This document shows, piece by piece, positions 58,352 to 64,000 of a DNA stretch of 64,000 nt (positions are counted from its first letter, which is position 1; the number at the start of each line of letters is the position of its first letter). Where the stretch lies: contig OX597834.1 in the NCBI GenBank assembly GCA_951406725.2, positions 13,702,001 through 13,766,000 of the forward strand, in the 5' to 3' direction. A model generated the notes under the pieces. The model ran no database searches, was not told the DNA's origin, and worked only from the letters and a program-made list of their open reading frames with translations. Position numbers and translations under genes: made by a program. The stretch comes from Octopus vulgaris (lineage: Eukaryota).

Positions 58352-58581
58352 AGGCGGCGAGCTGGTAGAAACGTTAGCACGCCGGGCGAAATTCGTAGCC
58401 GTATTTCGTCTGTCGTTATGTTCCGAGTTCAAATTCCGCCGAGGTCGACTTTGCCTTTCATCCTTTCGGGGTCGATAAATTAAGTACCAGTTACGCACTG
58501 GGGTCGATGTAGTCGACTTAATCCCTTTGTCTGTCCTTGTTTGTCCCCTCTGTGTTTAGCCCCTTGTGGGTAGTAAAGAAA
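58352..58581 (+). mobile_element. SINE family C monomer in (TA)n
   Basis: Three substitutions seen relative to 53691-53920. Confidence 0.92.
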
Positions 58582-58728
58582 TATATATATATATAAACAT
58601 ATAAGTATGTATATGTTTATTTACGTGCGTACTTATAATATATATATATATATATATATGTATAGGCATAGATTGTGAAATAGACAATTATTTTAATACA
58701 TACATGTATGCATATATATATATGTATG

Positions 58729-58799
<71 letters not shown>

Positions 58800-59137
58800 G
58801 AGTTTGTGTGAGTGAATGTGTATATTTATATATGTACGGACATACGTATGATTCTCATTATTACAAGAATCATGGAACGTGTTGACAATTATGCTTCTGC
58901 AGGTGACACTCCTGATTTCATATACCAGTCCTATGAGCATTGCCATGACAATCCCGATTTCAACAAAGCTAATTATGTTTCCCTTTCGTCCTCCAGTAAT
59001 GCATGAACGACATATCAATAATTAATTTCTATATAAAACCTTTAAAAGAATATATTTTCATGTTCATGTTGTTGTTTTTTACCAATTGCATTGGTATTGG
59101 GGAGTTTTAGTATGTTGTTTCATATACTATGGTATAA

Positions 59138-59460
59138 AAGACTCCGCCGGTTACGACGACGAGGGTCCCAGCTGATACGATCAACGGAACAGCTTGCTCG
59201 TGAAATTAACGTGCAAATGGATGAGCATTCCACAGACACGTGTACCCTTAACGTAGTTCTCGGGGATAATCAGCGTGACACAGAGAGTGACAAGGCTGAC
59301 CCTTTGAAATACAAGTACAACTCATTTTTGCCAGCTGAGTGGACTGGAGCAACGTGAAATAAAGTGTCTTGCTCAAGGACACAACGCGTCGCCGGGAATC
59401 GAACTCACAACCTTACGATCATGAGCCGAATGCCCTAACCACTAAGCCACGCACCCTCAC
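59138..59460 (-). mobile_element. SINE with head H2, central domain and family A tail (T1)
   Basis: 13-bp TSD tactatggtataa at 59125-59137 and 59461-59473. 59141-59320 matches the family A tail; the rest matches 60211-60350. Confidence 0.9.
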
Positions 59461-59520
59461 TACTATGGTATAACGTAAAAATCTTAACTTATTTCACTCG
59501 ATTTTATTTGCTATAACCTG

Positions 59521-59761
59521 CTCTCTTACTCTTTACTCTTTTTGTCTTTTGGTTTTTTTCAATCATTTGACAGCGGCCCTACTGGAGCACCGCCTTTAGT
59601 CGAGCAACTCGACCCCCGGGACTTATTCTTTGTAAGCCCAGTACTTATTCTATCGGTCTCTTATGCCGAACCGCTATATGACGGGGACATAAACACACCA
59701 GCATTGGTTCTCAAGCGATGTTGGATGGGACTAGCACAGACACACAAACATACACGCACAC

Positions 59762-59826
<65 letters not shown>

Positions 59827-60110
59827 ATATACATATATGGCCTGCTCGCTTAGCCAGCGGGGTGGCGTCATTCGAAGGCTAAAACAATGCGAAGGCATTG
59901 TGACCAGCGATGGCCGGTCACGTGATCAAGTGATATATATACATATATACGACGGGCTTCTTTCAGTTTCCGTCTACCAAATCCACTCACAAGTCTTTGG
60001 TCGGCCCGAGGCTATAGTAGAAGACACTTGCCTAAGGTGCCACGCAGTGGTACTGAACCTAAAACCATGTGGTTGGTAAACAAGCTACTTACCACACAGC
60101 CACTCCTGTG
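59521..60110 (-). mobile_element. SINE family B with a nested ~95-bp insert (59839-59932) in its internal microsatellite
   Basis: Both family B halves are present. A GC-rich insert ggcctgctcgcttagccagc...cacgtgatcaagtg lies within the (TA)n. Confidence 0.85.
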
Positions 60111-60210
60111 CTCTGTTTACATATCTTAAATGATTTTCAATTTAGTTGAATGAGCGTTCAAATGAATCCCTTAGAATAAAATTGATTTGCTAGATGTAAC
60201 ATCCATATAT

Positions 60211-60462
60211 GTGGAGGTGCGTGGTATAGTTGTTTGGGCATCATGATCGTAAGATTGTGATTTCGATTCATGGACCGGGCGACGCGTTGTGTTCTTGAGA
60301 AAAACACTTCATTTCACGTTGTTGTAGTCCACTAAGCTGGCAAAAATGTGTAACGCTGCGATGGAATTGCGTCTCGTTCAGCTGGGAAACACATACGCCA
60401 TCCGGGAAAACGGTCCCATGACCTTGGCTACGCTTTAAAAGGGCGCATTTATATATTTTATT
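60211..60462 (+). mobile_element. SINE with head H2, central domain and tail T2
   Basis: 14-bp TSD taacatccatatat at 60197-60210 and 60463-60476. Confidence 0.85.
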
Positions 60463-60660
60463 TAACATCCATATATATTAAAATCAAACATTCTTTCTTC
60501 AAAAATTAAACTCATTAGATAATATAGTCTTGGGCGCATTAAATAAATGTTCGGATAGTTGTGAAATTGTGCCTCAAGAGTATCAGTGTACGTCATGTTT
60601 TATGTAATTTTTATAAAGAATTAAATATATACAGTGACCTGAATGCTACTACTACTATGA

Positions 60661-60661
<1 letters not shown>

Positions 60662-60697
<36 letters not shown>

Positions 60698-60699
60698 TG

Positions 60700-60733
<34 letters not shown>

Positions 60734-60866
60734 TATTAATAATAATAATAATAATAATTAATAATAATAATAATGATAATAATAATTAATAATAATAATA
60801 ATGATAATAATAATAACAATAATAATAAAATTAATAATAATAATGATAATAATAACAACAACAACA
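60662..60866 (+). repeat. (AAT)n/(AAC)n microsatellite
   Basis: Directly visible. Confidence 0.97.
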
Positions 60867-60884
60867 GCATCGCAAAATAACTAA

Positions 60885-61050
60885 GGAATGAGAATCCAGG
60901 TTCGAAATTTCCCCAGGACACCTGATGAATGATGGAGGGTATATCAGCCGAAGCGTTCTGTTAGAAACAAACAAGATGAGAACAAATATCCATCAAATGT
61001 AAATAATGTAAATAATGCACATAATTCCTCATCTCTTAAATATAGAACTG
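60885..61050 (+). mobile_element. PLE-end remnant with degenerate minimal HHR (60917-60962)
   Basis: gacac-CTGATGA-...cagcc-GAAgcgtt-ctgtt; homologous to 24630-24765; just downstream of (AAT)n. Confidence 0.65.
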
Positions 61051-62145
61051 AACTAAATATATGTCTTGTCTTTATCTTAGAAATGATATAATGGGAGCAA
61101 CGTAAAGAGGTATATGAATCTGTATTATATAGACTTCATAGGCTGGGTGTATTATGTCCTTTTATATACGACAATTATATTTGTATTAGGTAGTACATGT
61201 GTTTTCATTTGTGGCCTTAAGCTATTTATCAAAATTTCATACTACTTCTTCACATCAATTCTACAAGCTGAGTGAAAAAAATAGCACTCCATTATCGCAA
61301 ACACTGATGATGTGATAATGACCGTATGCAAAGTATTTTACGATATCTTGTTTCCTTTTCTTACCTAAGAACATTGCTAATATATTTTTGAAACTATGGA
61401 GACAATCGAAGAATATGTAGAATATATAAATCTAGATACTAGACGTTGTTTACGCTCTTTCCCCGCAGGTAAACTTGAGACAGATTAGAACTTTGATGAA
61501 AGGCGACCCATTTTTTTGTAGGCTGCAATACACTAACAATTATTTAATAACTTCTATAGAATTCAAAAGCAGCAATCATATTCAGAAAATATGATAACAA
61601 TACCAATTATGATTAATCAGAAAATAACTATCAGGTGTTGTATGTACTGGTTGGATATCATACATTTTCAAAAGACATTTCTATCGCTGAAAATATTGTT
61701 ATATCGCACAACGGGATACGTGGTGATAGAATTTATAACACACATACACACAGACACACACACATACACATACACACACACGTATGCCCTCACACACACA
61801 CGCACACGGTCAGACAAACACAAATACCGCCATGCACAGAGAGGCAGCTGCCAGATATTTGTCTGATTACAATCTATGGACTATGGATATGAGCACGTTA
61901 AGACATATATATATATATTCTCCAGGTGAGAATGCGACGGAGAAAGCCATTTTTCATTGGAATAGAAAAAAAAGTCTATCTTTATTTCTTCTTTTGCTGG
62001 TGTCTGAAATGTAGGTTAAATCAGTGTTTCTGAAAGGGGAGGCCTATGGGACTGTCGGACAAGTTGTTTAGAGAAAATTTGGTTTAAATGTCTGACAACT
62101 CAGCACCGTCCATTGGAGAGGAGGCGTTTTTCTTATATATATATA

Positions 62146-62554
62146 GGCGCAGGAGTGGCTGTGTGGTAAGTAGCTTGCTAACCAACCACATCGTTCCGGG
62201 TTCAGTCCCACTGCGTGGCATCTTGGGCAAGTGTCTTCTGCTATAGCCTCGGGCCGACCAATGCCTTGTGAGTGGATTTGCTAGACGGAAACTGAAAGAA
62301 GCCTGTCGTATATATGTATATATATATAAGTGTGTGTGTGTATGTTTGTGTGTCTGTGTTTGTCCCTCTAGCATTGCTTGACAACCGATGCTGGTGTGTT
62401 TACGTCCCCGTAACTTAGCGGTTCGGCAAAAGAGACCGATAGAATAAGTACTGGGGTTACAAAGAATAAGTCCCGGGGTCGATTTGCTCGACTAAAGGCG
62501 GTGCTCCAGCATGGCCGCAGTCAAATGACTGAAACAAGTAAAAGAGTAAAAGAG
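62146..62554 (+). mobile_element. SINE family B, full length
   Basis: ggcgcaggagtggctgtgtggtaag...gtaaaagagtaaaagag, between TA runs. Confidence 0.93.
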
Positions 62555-62624
62555 TATATATATATATATATGGCAAATGGGAGACCGAAGATGGAATATA
62601 CGAGATTTGTTTCGACATATCTCC

Positions 62625-62763
62625 CTATTTCTTTACTACCCACAATGGGCTAAACGCAGAGGTGATAACCAAGAACAGACAAACGGATTAAGTCGATTGT
62701 GTCGACCCCAGTGCGTAACTGGTACTTAATTTATCGACACCGAAAGGATGAAAGGCAAAGTCT
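62625..62763 (-). mobile_element. SINE family C, partial
   Basis: cctatttctttactacccac...gaaaggatgaaaggcaaagtc. Confidence 0.82.
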
Positions 62764-63411
62764 ACCATCAATCGTTCATTGTTGGGACAGTCCATAACTG
62801 ATTCAGGAGCATACGGCTTTGTAGATGTACCTCATCGAGTTATAAATGTAAACAACTCGTTAAAATAAGAGCTCTGCAATGTAACTTCTCGTTTTGGAGA
62901 AAGAAAAGTGGGCAGACGGAGGAAACAAGTTCATTTACACAGAAGATCACAAAGATGGAAAAAAGAGAAACGAACACGTAACACAGAGGGAAAAGTATTA
63001 AAAATATAATTGAAAAATATAGATTCAACAAGAAGGTGTACGTTTGGACAGTTATTTTCTAATCACTACAGAGGTTTTCATACAACCTGGTTCTCCATAT
63101 ATACAGGCATTTGTTAATTCGACCACTTACCTGTATAATAGAATCCAGTTGTATTTCTTCAACTAGTATTAAATTGTTGCCCTCGTTCGGTAAATGATGC
63201 TAACACTACAATCTATCTTGTTTGAATTTAGTGATACGCTGGCAATATCATTCTGCTTCCTGTTAACTCAATCTTATTCAATTATATTTTCACAGAAGTC
63301 GGATGCTCAAATCAAGACTCGGAAATATATCGCAATACTACCGGGTATTTGGCAATTCAAATGTTGAACGAGCTCTATTTTGCCTCTGCTACGTTCCTAA
63401 CGGAATATATA

Positions 63412-63465
<54 letters not shown>

Positions 63466-63654
63466 AGTAGTTGAATGAATTATCTTAGTATGGATAATTC
63501 GGTTAACCGATACCTGGGTAGCAAATTCACGTCAGAAGAACACGGTTAAAGCTACATGCCAAGGGCAGAGATCACGTGCTTTCGTGTGGAAATTTGTGTG
63601 TTTTTCTTTAATACAAATAAAAGAAAGAATGGAGTTGAACGACGATTTAACAAA

Positions 63655-63702
<48 letters not shown>

Positions 63703-63721
63703 GTGTATGTATGTATATAAT

Positions 63722-63949
63722 AATAATATTAGGGAGTATAACTCCAAACTTTCAGGGAAAAATTCAATTTGGTATTGAATCAAATTTCACAATATAAATA
63801 TATAAAATATAAATTAGAGATAAAACCACTATTATGCAACAACTTTTTGAGATCTAGTTATATGTTTTATAAAAATATATATCATTTGTTATTTATGTTT
63901 TGGTTTATGTCTATCACTGTTTGACTTGCATAATAGTGGTTTTATCTCT
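63722..63949. repeat. Fold-back element, same family as 39575-39848
   Basis: 24-bp arms agagataaaaccactattatgcaa (63816-63839) and ttgcataatagtggttttatctct (63926-63949). Confidence 0.7.
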
Positions 63950-64000
63950 TATGTGTATTATATACATATATATATATGCATGTATGTGTATTTATGTATA

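Noticed and set aside
58890-59006. Possible terminal exon after ttctgcag ([14 protein letters not shown]...)
   Set aside because: Weak acceptor, no recognisable homology and no supporting neighbouring exons.

Overview
AT-rich, microsatellite-saturated animal DNA that is intergenic or intronic. It is most likely from an octopus or other cephalopod; this is inferred from recalled SINE families and was not verified. No host exon could be supported, and the many YIYI/THTH ORFs are translations of (TA)n/(CA)n. The window is made of transposable elements: several tRNA-derived SINE families, Tc1 and mariner relics with TIRs, a non-autonomous Helitron, and CR1/L2-, RTE- and R4/Dong-type LINE fragments. 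It also holds a young Penelope-like element (PLE; RT plus GIY-YIG, uninterrupted 475-codon frame) arranged as a 1.2-kb-arm palindrome. The main finding is a recurring system in (TA)n/(AAT)n arrays. Several distinct PLE/retrozyme-like families carry minimal type-I hammerhead ribozyme (HHR) motifs, or halves of them, with palindromic helix III. Three of these have a non-canonical CCGA core. Many insertions share a fold-back geometry with both 3' ends pointing outward, including a non-coding 589-bp tandem HHR element at 16.9-18.0 kb. All structures were read by eye; none was computed.
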